A DNA stretch of 64,000 bases from Planctomycetota bacterium (GTDB lineage: Bacteria > Planctomycetota > GCA-002687715 > CAIWVZ01), in NCBI GenBank assembly GCA_044222185.1, contig JBGANV010000005.1:320001-384000 (forward strand), read 5' to 3'. This document shows, one piece after another, positions 11,901 through 20,900 of this stretch; position 1 is the first letter of the stretch, and every line of letters starts with the position of its first letter. The position numbers were made by a program, and so were the translations under genes. The notes under the pieces were generated by a model. It saw nothing but the letters and a program-made list of their open reading frames with translations, was not told the DNA's origin and searched no databases.

Positions 11901-14900
11901 CACCACTCGCCGCGGCAGCGCCACGGGCGGCAGCAGGCGCCGCAACCGATCCTGGATCGCCGCGGCATCGAGCCCATCTCCCCGCGTGACCCACGCGACG
12001 AGCTGCGCCTCGCCGTTCGGCGGCCGCGCGACGGCCACCGCGCACCCGCTGGCGCCCGTGGCGTCGCGAATCGCCGCCTCCACCTCGCCCAGCTCGATGC
12101 GATGTCCGCGGAGCTTCACTTGCTCGTCGCGACGTCCGAGAAACAGGAGCGAGCCATCGCGCCGCCAACGACAGACGTCGCCGGTGCGATACAGCCGTGC
12201 GTCTCTCGCCGTGGTGAACGGATCCGGCACGAAGCGGTCGGCCTCCGACGGCTGCGCGTGCAAGTAGCCCTCGGACAGCCCCGCGCCGCCGATCCACAAC
12301 TCGCCCGCGACCCCCATCGGCGCGAGGTGGCGGTCGTCGTCCAGCACCCAGGCGCTCACGCCTCGCATGGGGCGCCCGATCGGCACCGTGCCATCCGGTG
12401 CACAGTCCCCCCGCGAGACCTCGTGCGCGAGGCATCCGACCACGGCCTCCGTCGGGCCGTACTCGTTGAAGACCCGCGCGCCCGTCGCGTCCATCCACGA
12501 GATCGCGGAGGCGTGGGGCAGGGCTTCGCCGCCCACGACGAGCACGCGGGTCCAGTGGCGGCAGTCCTCGATTCCACGGATCGCCGCGAGCGCGTCCAGG
12601 TGGGACGGGGTGAGCTTCACGAACGACAGGTCGCGGTGACGACGCATGGAAACGATCAGCGGCTCGATCCCCTCGCCGTCGACGACGAACACGGTCCTGC
12701 CGCAGACGAGAGGTACGAAGAGACTCGTGATCGTGAGGTCGAAGCCCAGGGATGTCACGAGGGGCGCGCCCACCCCGTCCGCGCCGCCATAGAGGCGCGA
12801 GGCGTTCTCGACGTAACGAAGCAACCCGCGGTGGCCGACGACGACGCCCTTCGGCCGACCGGTCGACCCGGACGTGAACATCACGTAGGCCGCGTCGTCC
12901 GGCGCCACGGCCGGGAGCGGAGCGCCGAGGTCGGTGATCGGTTCGCCCACGCCGTGGACGCCTGCGAATGCTCCCAAGGCGAACTCGGCGCAGGTCGCGG
13001 GATCCGAGCCGATGACTGCCCTGGGCCCACTCGCGTTCGCGATGCGCGACCGCCGCTCCTGCGGATAGGAAGGGTCGAGAGGCACGAACGCAGCGCCGGC
13101 GCGCATCGCGGCGAGCACGGCAATGACACATTCGACCGACCGCGGCAGGTCGACCAGCACGCGATCGCCGCGGCAGACGCCGGCCTCGCCCAATCGACGC
13201 GCCAGTGCGCCCGAGCGTCGCCACAGTTCGTCGAACGTGACGTCACCCTGCGAAGACGAGATGGCTACCGCGCTCGCGCGTGACGCGCAGACGCGTCCGA
13301 TCACGTCCAGGATCGTCTCCGAGGAAACCGGCGCTTCCTCGCCTCGCGAGAACCCCACGAGTCGCCGTTGCTCATCAGCGCCCACGTGGCACGCGTCCTC
13401 CACGGCACGGTCCGGCGCCGCGAGCGCGGCCTCGATGAAGTGCACCCAGCGTGCCTGCCATGCGTGGATCGTGTCGTCGTCGAACAGGTCGGCGTTGAAG
13501 ACCCAGGTCGACGTCCCGGCGGCGTCGTCGGCGACGAACACGGTCAGATCGAATCGGGCGGGAACACGACCCGGCGACAGGACGCACACCTCGCATCCCT
13601 CGATGGTGAGCGCCCCGAGCGGCGCGGCCCATGCTTCGAACGCGACCTGGAAGATGGGCGTGCGAGTCAAATCGCGGGGCGGCTCGATCGCACGCACGAT
13701 GCGATCGAACGGCACGTTCCGATGATCGATCGCGAAGGCCAGCACGCGCATCGCCTCGCTCACGAGGTCGCGGAACGACCGGTCCGGCGCCGGCCGCAGG
13801 CGAAGCGGCAGCGTGTCGACGCAGAAGCCGACGAGGTCATCGTCATCGCCTGGCCGCCGGCTCGAAACGGACGTGCCCAGCACGAGATCGTCGACGCCGG
13901 CCGCCCGCCCCATGACGACCGCGAACGCGGCGAGGCCCAATGCGAACGGCGTCGCGCCGAGCTCGGCGGCGACCTCTTGCAACCGGGCCGCGACCACGGC
14001 TCCCAGCGCGACGCGGATCTCGCGCCCACGATCCGTCTGGAACGCCGGGCGCCGACGATCGAGGGGCAGATCGAGTTGCAACGGAGCACCGGCGAGTTCT
14101 CCGACCCACGGCGCGGGGTCGGCATCATCCGCGCCCATCGCGTGCCGCGCGAAGCTCGCGAACGATGGTGCGGGAGGCAAGTTTGGCACCTGCTTCGCGC
14201 GCATCGCCGCCGTGAGCGCGGCCAGCTCGCGCGCGAGCACGCCGATGGAGGTGCCGTCCGTGACGAGGTGATGCTGCGTCACGACGACCACGTGGTCATC
14301 CGCCGCGATGCGGAGGCACACGACCCGCAGCAGAGGTCCGGACTGCAGGTCGAATGGCCGCGACGCCTCGGCGGCGATCTCGTGGTCGAGCTGCGTCGGA
14401 TCGATCGCGGCCTCGCGCCACGAGCAACTTTCGCTGGCGTCGATCCGAGCTGCGAATTCGCCGTCGCGAGCCTCCACCCGGAGACGCAGGGCATCGTGGC
14501 GCACGACGAGAGCATCCCACGCACCATGCAGGATCGAGGTGTCCAGAACGCCGCGCACGCGGACGACCGACTGGACGCCATAGGTCGTCGAGCCCGGGTG
14601 CAGCCGGTCCAGGAACACGAGCCTGCGTTGCGCCGCGGTGAGGGGCACGATCGCCAGGTCCCCGCCCGACCCATCGGCGGCACGCGGCGTCGGCGTGCGA
14701 TCGCGCAGGCCTTCGATCAGCCGGGCCAACGCGCCGACGGTGGGCGCGGCGAAGAACGATCGCATGGGCAGATCGACACCGAATCGTTCGCGCGCGAGGT
14801 ACTTGATGCGGGTCGCGCCCAGCGAATGGCCTCCCAGCCGGAAGAAGTCGGCGTCGCGAGCGACGACCGCGTCTTTCGGGAGCACGGACTTCCACCAGCC

Positions 14901-17900
14901 GGCGAGCGTGGACTCCAACTCTCCGATCGGCGCCTCCGTCGCGAATGCGCCGGCTGCGGGCGGCGGCGGAAGTCTCGCCACGTCGACCTTGCCGCTCGAG
15001 GTCAGCGGAATGGACGCCATGAAGACGATCCGCCCGGGCACCATCACCGGAGGCAGCGAGGCCGTCAGCCACCGGAGGATCTCGTCTTCGCGGACGGCGG
15101 AGTCGTCGCCGTCCCTGGAGACGACCCACGCCAAGAGTCGCGGGTCCTCGCCCGCAAGAAGCCCGGCGACGGCGTCCGCGACCTGCGGATGCGCACGCAG
15201 CGACGCCTCGATCTCGGCGGGCTCGATCCGGTGACCGCGCAACTTCACCTGGCGGTCCATGCGTCCGAAGAAATCCAACGAGCCGTCGCTTCGCCACGCG
15301 ACGCGGTCGCCCGTGCGGAAGAACCGCACGCGATCGCCTTCTGCGGCCGTGCGGTCGACGGTGAACTTGCGCGACGTGAGTTCGGCGAGCCCGCGGTAGC
15401 CGGCAGCGACCTGCGGACCACCGATCCAGAGCTCGCCGGGAACACCGATCGGGGCCCGGCGCCCCGCCTCATCCATCACCCGAACGGTGGTGCCGGCCAG
15501 GGGACGGCCGATCGACACGACGGCGGGCGCGTCGGGCCGCAGGTCGGATTCCGTCACGCGGTGGATCGTCGACCAGATCGTCGCTTCGGTCGGGCCGTAG
15601 AGATTCCACGAACTCCGGCTGCGCACGACCAACTCCCGCGCCAGATCCTTCTGCAGCGCTTCTCCGCCGCACAGCGCCGTCAGGCTGCGATCGCCGCTCC
15701 ACCCTGCGAGCAACAGCGAGCGCCACGTGGACGGAGTCGCCTGCATGACGTCGATGCGATCCTGCTCGATCCGCCGGCGCAGGCGCGTTCCGTCGCGGGC
15801 GTCCTCGCGCGAGGCGATCACGACGGTCCCGCCTCCGAGGAGCGGTCCGAGCAGATCCAGCACCGCGATGTCGAACGTGGGATTCGTCGTCGCGAGCCAG
15901 CGTCCGCCCCGTGGACAACCGCTCACCTCCGCCATGGCGTCGAAGAAGGCGCGCACGCTGCCGTGAGTGACGACGACAGCCTTCGGCCGGCCCGTCGATC
16001 CCGAGGTGTAGATCAAATAGGCGGCGTCGGACGCGGCGTGCGAAAGGGCTGGGAGCGGGCGATCGGGCGCGGACAGGCGTTCACCCGGCCCGATCACGAT
16101 CGGCCTTCGAGACGTCAGGGATTCTTGGCCCGCGCGCCCCGCCGTCGTGATGACGACGGTGATCGCCGAATCGCGCAGCACGTGAGCCAGCCGCTCCTCC
16201 GGCCACTGCGGATCGAGCGGGACCCACGCCGCGTGAGCCCGATGGATCGCCAGGAACGCGGCGACGAGGTCCGGGCACGGCTCGAGAAGGACGCCCACGG
16301 ATTCCCCGCGGGCGACGGAGTGCGCCAACAACGCCGCAGTGAGGGCGTCGGCACGACGATCGAGGGTTGCGTGGTCGATCTTCGCCCCGTCGAACTCGAC
16401 CGCGACTCGATCGGGAGACTCGCGCAATGCGCGCGCGAGCCGCAACGGCAGGAATTCCCCCGACGCAACGCCGCAGGGAGTGGGCCGGGAGAAGCGCGCG
16501 AGCTCCGCCGCTTCGGCCTCGTCCGTCGACGGCAAGTCCGAAAGGCGCACGTCGCAATCCGCGAGCGCACGTTCCAGCATGGCGTCGAAGCGCCGCAGGA
16601 ATCGATCCAGATCCTCGCGGCAGAACGCCCGCGACGCCTCGACCGCAAGCTCGAGCCCCTCCTCGCGCGCCGTGATCTCGAACACGAGATCGAACGCGCT
16701 GCCCGCCGGGATGCGTCGCGCCTCGACGACGAGGCCGTCCACGGATCGCGACGGCGGCGCGAAGTCCACGTAGTTGAGCATCACCTGAACGAGGGGATGC
16801 CGGTCGACGGCGCGCTCGGGCGAGAGCGCCTCGATCAGAAGCTCGAACGGAAGCTCCTGGTGATCGAAGGCGTCGCGGACGATCGATGCGGAACAGGCGA
16901 GGTGCTCCGAGAATCGCAACGACGGATCGACCGTCGCGCGCAAGACGACGACGTTCAACAGCGCTCCGACGGTGCGCGACGTCCCGTCGGCCAATCGACC
17001 GGAGACGGGCGTTCCGATGGCTACGTCGGCGACACCCACGTGACCGTGGATCCAGTGCTGCAGGACGGCATATACGACCGTGAACGGACTGGCTCTGGCG
17101 GCCTTCGCCGCTTCGCGAAGGCGCGCGGGCGTCACGCGCGAGATGCGCTCGGAGCGGGTCGCCGAGCCCTCCGGCGCCGTCGGTTTCGCGCGAATCGACA
17201 GCTTCACGAGGTCGAGGGGCTGGAGACCGTCGAGCCGCGCCTTCCACCATGAGAGCGCTGCGGCGAATCCTCCGCCAGCCGCGTGGGCACGCTCCGCGAC
17301 GGCGAGGGCCCGAGCCGTCATCGCGGGAGGATGGGCGATCGTGTCGCCCCGGCTCGCGTAGGCGTCCCACATCTCGTCGAACGTGATGCGGAGCGAAAGC
17401 CCGTCGATGACCGCGTGGTGCGCAACGCAGACGAGTTCATGTCGCTGCGGGTCCGAGCGGAGGAGGAGGAACCGGAGCAGTGGTGCTTTCGCCAGATCGA
17501 AGCCGCGCGCGATCATCTCGTCGACGAGCTGCCGCCGCCGGCGCACGCGCTCGTCCTCCGAGCCGGCGAGCGTCACGGTCTGGAGGTCGACGTCGACGGA
17601 TGCCTCCACGACCTGTCGCAGGACGCCTCCCTCGAACGACAACGACGTTCGAAGGGCCTCGTGGCGCGCGACGACGCCCCGAAGCGCGACCACGAGCCGA
17701 TCCACTTCGAGCGGGCCGCGGATGGTGGTCGTCACGGCGAGCACGTGCGCCGGGTTGCGTGGCTCGATCTGCTCGAGGAGCCAGAAGCGCTCCTGCGCGA
17801 ACGATGGCGGCTGGGCGGCGTCCGGTGCCGCAGTCGCGCGCTCGTGCAACCGCCGCGCGAGGACCGCGCGCTGCGCCGGGGTCAGGTTCGCGATGCGGCG

Positions 17901-17915
17901 CTCGGCATCATCCAT
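5901..17915 (-). CDS. Three-module NRPS C-A(Gly)-T-C-A(Asn)-T-E-C-A(Lys/Arg)-T-R, 4004 aa
   Basis: C motifs HHAVIDG, HHLVTDG, HHLILDG. Three A domains (YTSGSTGRPK, FTSGSTGRPKG, FTSGTTGEPKG). T motifs GGHSL, GADSI, GGHSL. E motifs HHLVVDGVSW/EHHGRE. Reductase motifs VTGATGFLG and YAQSKWVAE. Start reassigned to MDDAERRIANL, overlapping the PKS2 stop. Confidence 0.95.
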   Translation of the reverse strand: MDDAERRIANLTPAQRAVLARRLHERATAAPDAAQPPSFAQERFWLLEQIEPRNPAHVLAVTTTIRGPLEVDRLVVALRGVVARHEALRTSLSFEGGVLRQVVEASVDVDLQTVTLAGSEDERVRRRRQLVDEMIARGFDLAKAPLLRFLLLRSDPQRHELVCVAHHAVIDGLSLRITFDEMWDAYASRGDTIAHPPAMTARALAVAERAHAAGGGFAAALSWWKARLDGLQPLDLVKLSIRAKPTAPEGSATRSERISRVTPARLREAAKAARASPFTVVYAVLQHWIHGHVGVADVAIGTPVSGRLADGTSRTVGALLNVVVLRATVDPSLRFSEHLACSASIVRDAFDHQELPFELLIEALSPERAVDRHPLVQVMLNYVDFAPPSRSVDGLVVEARRIPAGSAFDLVFEITAREEGLELAVEASRAFCREDLDRFLRRFDAMLERALADCDVRLSDLPSTDEAEAAELARFSRPTPCGVASGEFLPLRLARALRESPDRVAVEFDGAKIDHATLDRRADALTAALLAHSVARGESVGVLLEPCPDLVAAFLAIHRAHAAWVPLDPQWPEERLAHVLRDSAITVVITTAGRAGQESLTSRRPIVIGPGERLSAPDRPLPALSHAASDAAYLIYTSGSTGRPKAVVVTHGSVRAFFDAMAEVSGCPRGGRWLATTNPTFDIAVLDLLGPLLGGGTVVIASREDARDGTRLRRRIEQDRIDVMQATPSTWRSLLLAGWSGDRSLTALCGGEALQKDLARELVVRSRSSWNLYGPTEATIWSTIHRVTESDLRPDAPAVVSIGRPLAGTTVRVMDEAGRRAPIGVPGELWIGGPQVAAGYRGLAELTSRKFTVDRTAAEGDRVRFFRTGDRVAWRSDGSLDFFGRMDRQVKLRGHRIEPAEIEASLRAHPQVADAVAGLLAGEDPRLLAWVVSRDGDDSAVREDEILRWLTASLPPVMVPGRIVFMASIPLTSSGKVDVARLPPPPAAGAFATEAPIGELESTLAGWWKSVLPKDAVVARDADFFRLGGHSLGATRIKYLARERFGVDLPMRSFFAAPTVGALARLIEGLRDRTPTPRAADGSGGDLAIVPLTAAQRRLVFLDRLHPGSTTYGVQSVVRVRGVLDTSILHGAWDALVVRHDALRLRVEARDGEFAARIDASESCSWREAAIDPTQLDHEIAAEASRPFDLQSGPLLRVVCLRIAADDHVVVVTQHHLVTDGTSIGVLARELAALTAAMRAKQVPNLPPAPSFASFARHAMGADDADPAPWVGELAGAPLQLDLPLDRRRPAFQTDRGREIRVALGAVVAARLQEVAAELGATPFALGLAAFAVVMGRAAGVDDLVLGTSVSSRRPGDDDDLVGFCVDTLPLRLRPAPDRSFRDLVSEAMRVLAFAIDHRNVPFDRIVRAIEPPRDLTRTPIFQVAFEAWAAPLGALTIEGCEVCVLSPGRVPARFDLTVFVADDAAGTSTWVFNADLFDDDTIHAWQARWVHFIEAALAAPDRAVEDACHVGADEQRRLVGFSRGEEAPVSSETILDVIGRVCASRASAVAISSSQGDVTFDELWRRSGALARRLGEAGVCRGDRVLVDLPRSVECVIAVLAAMRAGAAFVPLDPSYPQERRSRIANASGPRAVIGSDPATCAEFALGAFAGVHGVGEPITDLGAPLPAVAPDDAAYVMFTSGSTGRPKGVVVGHRGLLRYVENASRLYGGADGVGAPLVTSLGFDLTITSLFVPLVCGRTVFVVDGEGIEPLIVSMRRHRDLSFVKLTPSHLDALAAIRGIEDCRHWTRVLVVGGEALPHASAISWMDATGARVFNEYGPTEAVVGCLAHEVSRGDCAPDGTVPIGRPMRGVSAWVLDDDRHLAPMGVAGELWIGGAGLSEGYLHAQPSEADRFVPDPFTTARDARLYRTGDVCRWRRDGSLLFLGRRDEQVKLRGHRIELGEVEAAIRDATGASGCAVAVARPPNGEAQLVAWVTRGDGLDAAAIQDRLRRLLPPVALPRRVVHVDTLPLTAHGKVDRARIERETSMDLAGGVVGDGVEPRTPREAQLARIVGAVLGRARVGVTDDLFAIGADSISSLRIVSRARAEGIALGTRDVFEHPTVAGLARLSLAAREETPSPKIRDVRPGENVPLTPIQRWFFAQGFAEPNQWNQVVGLEVPFDSRSGRWRDALGRLVQRHPQLRARFRRRGGEVTQSFVDRDAPAWSDLGSLQGGVESVVGVVQTAVDAAHASLDVENGPLLHAIWFRAVDLRMCGLVCIAHHLVVDGVSWRLLLDELVTDVRGESPDIRALDAGGPATHAEHARRLAERAEPSTAVAPASRVLDLPRAIPVRIDVPADVASVLRGAGRAASHASIEEVILAAVVHALASADPTSTVSVDVEHHGREGTGLDLSHVVGWLTDVHRISVTGVSSASAALRAVKSALRAARGAGRGLASTGVLAGAPARILFNDLGEVAPPAGDVKELSLVGLDLGRVARGPTNRPTHPLEVNVWRTARELRLDCGVSDPSSMVAFREHVLASLRELAEVAATRPKDCLVPADFTLARLTEDELRVVCERAPDLTDVLPLTSTQQGMYFHALLEPESRAYFQQLASVLEGPLDAGAFRASFEHVASLHEMLRASVIADGLAEPRLLIRRTPDVPWVELDWRGEAHWESRLDAFLEEDRRRGFVLDGAPLLRCALIRSSEVRHVLVFTWHHLILDGWSMPILLRDVVRTYDGRRLARAPRPTPMRRVRDYIAWLGRQDSARAHDFWRSRFDGFEPPPRLPAGAPADASRGVVERTMRLDRDATRSLERLAQEVRATPASVVLAAWARVLAAWTGCRDVLFGATVSGRSPEVEGFDERVGLFINTRLVRVRIDADEPAGSWIRAVHDEQVEAGPFDWTPMSDVQRAAGMPLGRAPFDSLVVIENYPIDRAAGTTPEGISVLRTIAREQTSYPVTFVAVPGEAWELRVQFDPARVDGRIGDGVLEQVEEVLRAFAADPARRVGSIGVLTGDGLSRWRALADGGPALPGENLVTAVMRRCSRAPDATIVEDRGSRTSGRAFLARVDEITRLIEVASPEPGPVAVTLGRSADFAAAMLAVWQVGRVAVPLDPSWPLARQQVLLARLAPALILAPRASRGAIGGEFRVAYLDAPPGASVVRAVPRATDGLTEPACIYFTSGTTGEPKGVELTHAGLASYVATARASFALEGGDRVLQFASTGFDASAEEIWCTLVAGATLVIRDDGWPLDPCEFWIRVAAERITVLDLPTSYWHELVRALPLGDCSVPDSVRLVILGGEAASPQAVRAWRDVVGSRVRLVNTYGPTEGTIVATLSDLTAGPHVPDDAIPIGRPLPGVRAWVLDDVGSPAPVGAVGELYLGGRGVARGYWNDPAATATSFVADTFIGEPGARAYETGDRVRWRPDGQLEWLGRIDDQVKIRGHRVEPREVEALLRTDPSIADAVVVAVASAEREVSLRACCIVREGVPATPDGIRGRLSAQLPAASVPAEVLVLDAFPITVTGKIDRRALARAPSALSRSTHDDGSLSEVERTVARAFSRALGCALPARHESFFSLGGHSLAALRVVAALREATGSRVLLRQLFDHPTVSGLASLLERGVTGTPVAPTPGVDLRAAVVLPDDVVAAPPRTDAGPRLMFPFVTGATGFLGAFVLRELLEATTARVACLVRAASQADGLARLHAAFARFALDCSGLEERVDVVVGRLDEPRFGLDERHHERLSTDCDAIIHAGGSTSFAAPYAVLAPTNVGGTIEVLRFASRVRAKPLHHVSSIGVFDCPSRRGTRVDEGATLSDAVDVTGSYAQSKWVAEELVRAAGMRGLPVTIHRVGRLTGSSRTGACNREDFVNRLFAACVELGCTPEVPADVDLTPVDFVAKAIVRIAGEGSGSSGPWHLMNPATVSTNAIVAELAAMGVVLRAVPLDVWRRRLRERAAADEASDLHSVLAVLEEADGGDATADAPVVTCPRTTAELSRLGIRCPPPDASLLATYWRFFERSADLRRGGR

Positions 17916-20900
17916 CGTCGGGTGGCGATTCGAGGAGTCGCCGCGCCTCGGCGTCGGTGAGGTTCTCGATCTCGCGAAGCAGCGCGTCATCGACCGTGGC
18001 CGGCAACGGCTGCGGCGCTCGAAGATTGGACAGCACGGCGTCGGACAGGCCCGCGATCGTGCGGTCGCCTGCGACGTCCGAGAGGGCGACGGACGCGCCG
18101 ATCGCCGAGCGGATGCGGTTCCGCAGCTCGACGGCGAGGAGGGAATCCAGCCCCAACTCACCCAGCGCCTGCTCGGGTCGGAGCGCGTGGGCCGGCGCGC
18201 GCAACACGTCGGCGACGAGTTCGCGGACACGCCCGCCCACGCGGACGCTCCGCGTGGCGTCAGGCAACCGCTCGATCTCGGCGAGGAAGTCCGCGGAGAC
18301 GTCCGTCGGGCGCGTGGCCGCGGACGGCGTGCACAGCCGGCGCAGGACGGGCATCCGCGCAGCGGACTGCCAGGAGCGCGCGAGCCGCGTCCAATCCACG
18401 CTCGTCACGGCGGCCTGCGGCAGGTCGAGTGCCAGAACGCGGTCGAGGGCGGCGCACATCTCCGCCGGATCTAGCGGTCGGATCCCCGAGTCCGAGAAAC
18501 GCTGTTTCGCCGCCAGGCTTCGCCCCGCCATTCCGCCACCGGCCCACGGGCCGAAGTCGACGACGACGCTGCGCAACCCCACGGAGCGCCGCGCGTGGAC
18601 GACCGCATGCATGAACGCGTTCGCGGCCGCGTAGTTGGCCTGCCCGGGGCTCCCGAGAAGGGCCGCCGTCGACGACACGCAGAGAAACATCCGGACGCCG
18701 GAGTCGGCTGCGTTCTCGTGAAGATTCCACGTGCCGGCCACCTTCGGCGCGAGTACCCGCTCGAATCGCTTCCAGGTCTGTTCACCGATCACGCCGTCGT
18801 CGAGGACTCCCGCGGCATGCACGACACCAGTGATGGCCCCCATCGCGGATCGAACCCATTCGAACAACGCGCGCACGGCCGCCGCATCCACCACGTCCGC
18901 CTGCCGGACCTCGACGCGGACTCCGCGGCCACGGAGCTCGGTCACGCGAACCTCGGCATCCGGCGCGAGCTTCGAGCGAGCGACGAGGACGAGCCGCTTG
19001 ACTCCCTGCGCGGCCAGGTGATCGGCCAGGTGCAGGCCCACCGCTCCAGTCCCGCCGGTGACGATCACGGGCCCGCGCCCGAACGGCCCGTCGTCGTCGT
19101 CGGCGCGTTCCGTCAGCCGATCCAACCGCGGCCCGAAGCGCTTCGTGCCCCGGATCGCCACCTCCGACTCCTGGCCGGAAGCGACGATCTCGTCCAGCAG
19201 CGCCGGCGTCGTGACGACGTCCACGTCCACGAGCCGGCAGTCGATCGTCGGGTACTCGGCGGCGGTCACCCGGCCCAGGCCCCAAGCCGTGGATCCCGCG
19301 ACGTCGATGCGATCACCGGCATCCGCGGCGACGGCCCGGTGCGTCACGAGGACCAGCCGGATTCCCTCGCCGCCGTCGGCGAGCTGTCGCATCACGGCGA
19401 GGAGGTCGCCGCAGATCAGGCTCTGCCGATCCATGTGCGCGTCGGCATCGACGCCCGTCGGCCCGTCGAGCGCCGAGCAGAACACGACGCCACGCACGGG
19501 AGCCTTGGGCCAGGGATCGCCGGCGGCGACGCGGACGGCTCTCGCGCCGCGTGCTCGCAGCCCGTCGGCGATGATCGCGCCTTCGTCCCCCATCCCACCG
19601 GCGACGACCCACAGGCCGTTCGCGGAGCCGCGTGTCACTGGCGGGAGGATCTCCCAACGCAACGTGTAGACGTGGTCCGACGGCGTGGCGGACGGCGCGT
19701 GGCGCGGCTTCACCACAGACGGCGCGAGGTCGAGCCAACACCGTTGGCGATCGAAGGGGTGATGCGGAAGCGAGACGACTCGGCCGCCGCCGCGCGGTGC
19801 GTCCGCAAGCGCAGGTGGCGGGAACTCGCCCCCCAGGGCGAGCGCCCGGAGCTTCGCGACCAGGTCCGATCGATCGACGACGGCGACGTCGACCCTCGCC
19901 TTGAACGCACCGGATCGGCGGCGCGCCGACGTGCACGCATCCGCCGTCGAGACGCCCGGGCTCGCCGTCAAATGGTCGGCGATCGCGCCGCACCAGCGCC
20001 GCAGTGCTTCGGGCGTGCGGGCCGCAAGCGTGAACACGTCCGGACCGTCAGCGGCGCCATCGACGTGCGCCGTCGCCGCTTCGCGCAGGACCACGTGGAC
20101 GTTCGTGCCCGAGAAGCTGAACGCGCAGACGCCGGCATGGCGCAGGCCCGGCGGTGCCTTCCACGGCTCGAGTGTCGCGGGCACGCGAAGCGGAAGCTCG
20201 TTCCAGTCGACGTGCGCCGTTGGCCTGGCGCAGTGGAGATGCGGCGCGATCTGCCGCTGCTCGAGTTGGAGCACGACCTTGATCAGGCCTGCGATCCCGG
20301 CGGCCGACTCGAGGTGGCCGACGTTCGTCTTGATGGATCCCACGACGACGCGGTCGGCCGGCGCACGCCCGCCGAAGACCTGGCCAAGCGCATTCAGCTC
20401 GATCGGGTCGCCGAGCGCCGTGCCCGTGCCGTGCGCCTCCACGTAGCTGATCCTCTCGGGTGGAACGTCTGCCGCGGCCAACGCCAGACGGATCACTTCG
20501 GCCTGCGCGGGTCCGCTCGGGACCGTGAGGCCGCTGCTCGCGCCGTCCTGGTTCGTCGCCGATCCCACGATCTCCGCGCGGATCCGATCGCCACCGGCAC
20601 GCGCATCCACCGCGCGGCGGAGCACGACGACGCCGCAACCCTCTCCCCGACCGTATCCGTCCGCATCCGCGGAGAAGGCCTTCGATCGGCCGTCCGGCGA
20701 GAGCATCTGCGCTTGCGAGAACACCAGGCTGGAAATGGGCGATGCGATGACGTTCGCCCCTCCGGCGATGGCGAGTTCGCATTCACCGCGTCGCAGGCTC
20801 TCACACGCGAGGTGAACGGCGAGGAGCGCGGACGAACACGCCGTGTCGACGGAGAGACACGGCCCCGTGAGTCCCAGCGTGAACGCGATCCGCCCCGAGG

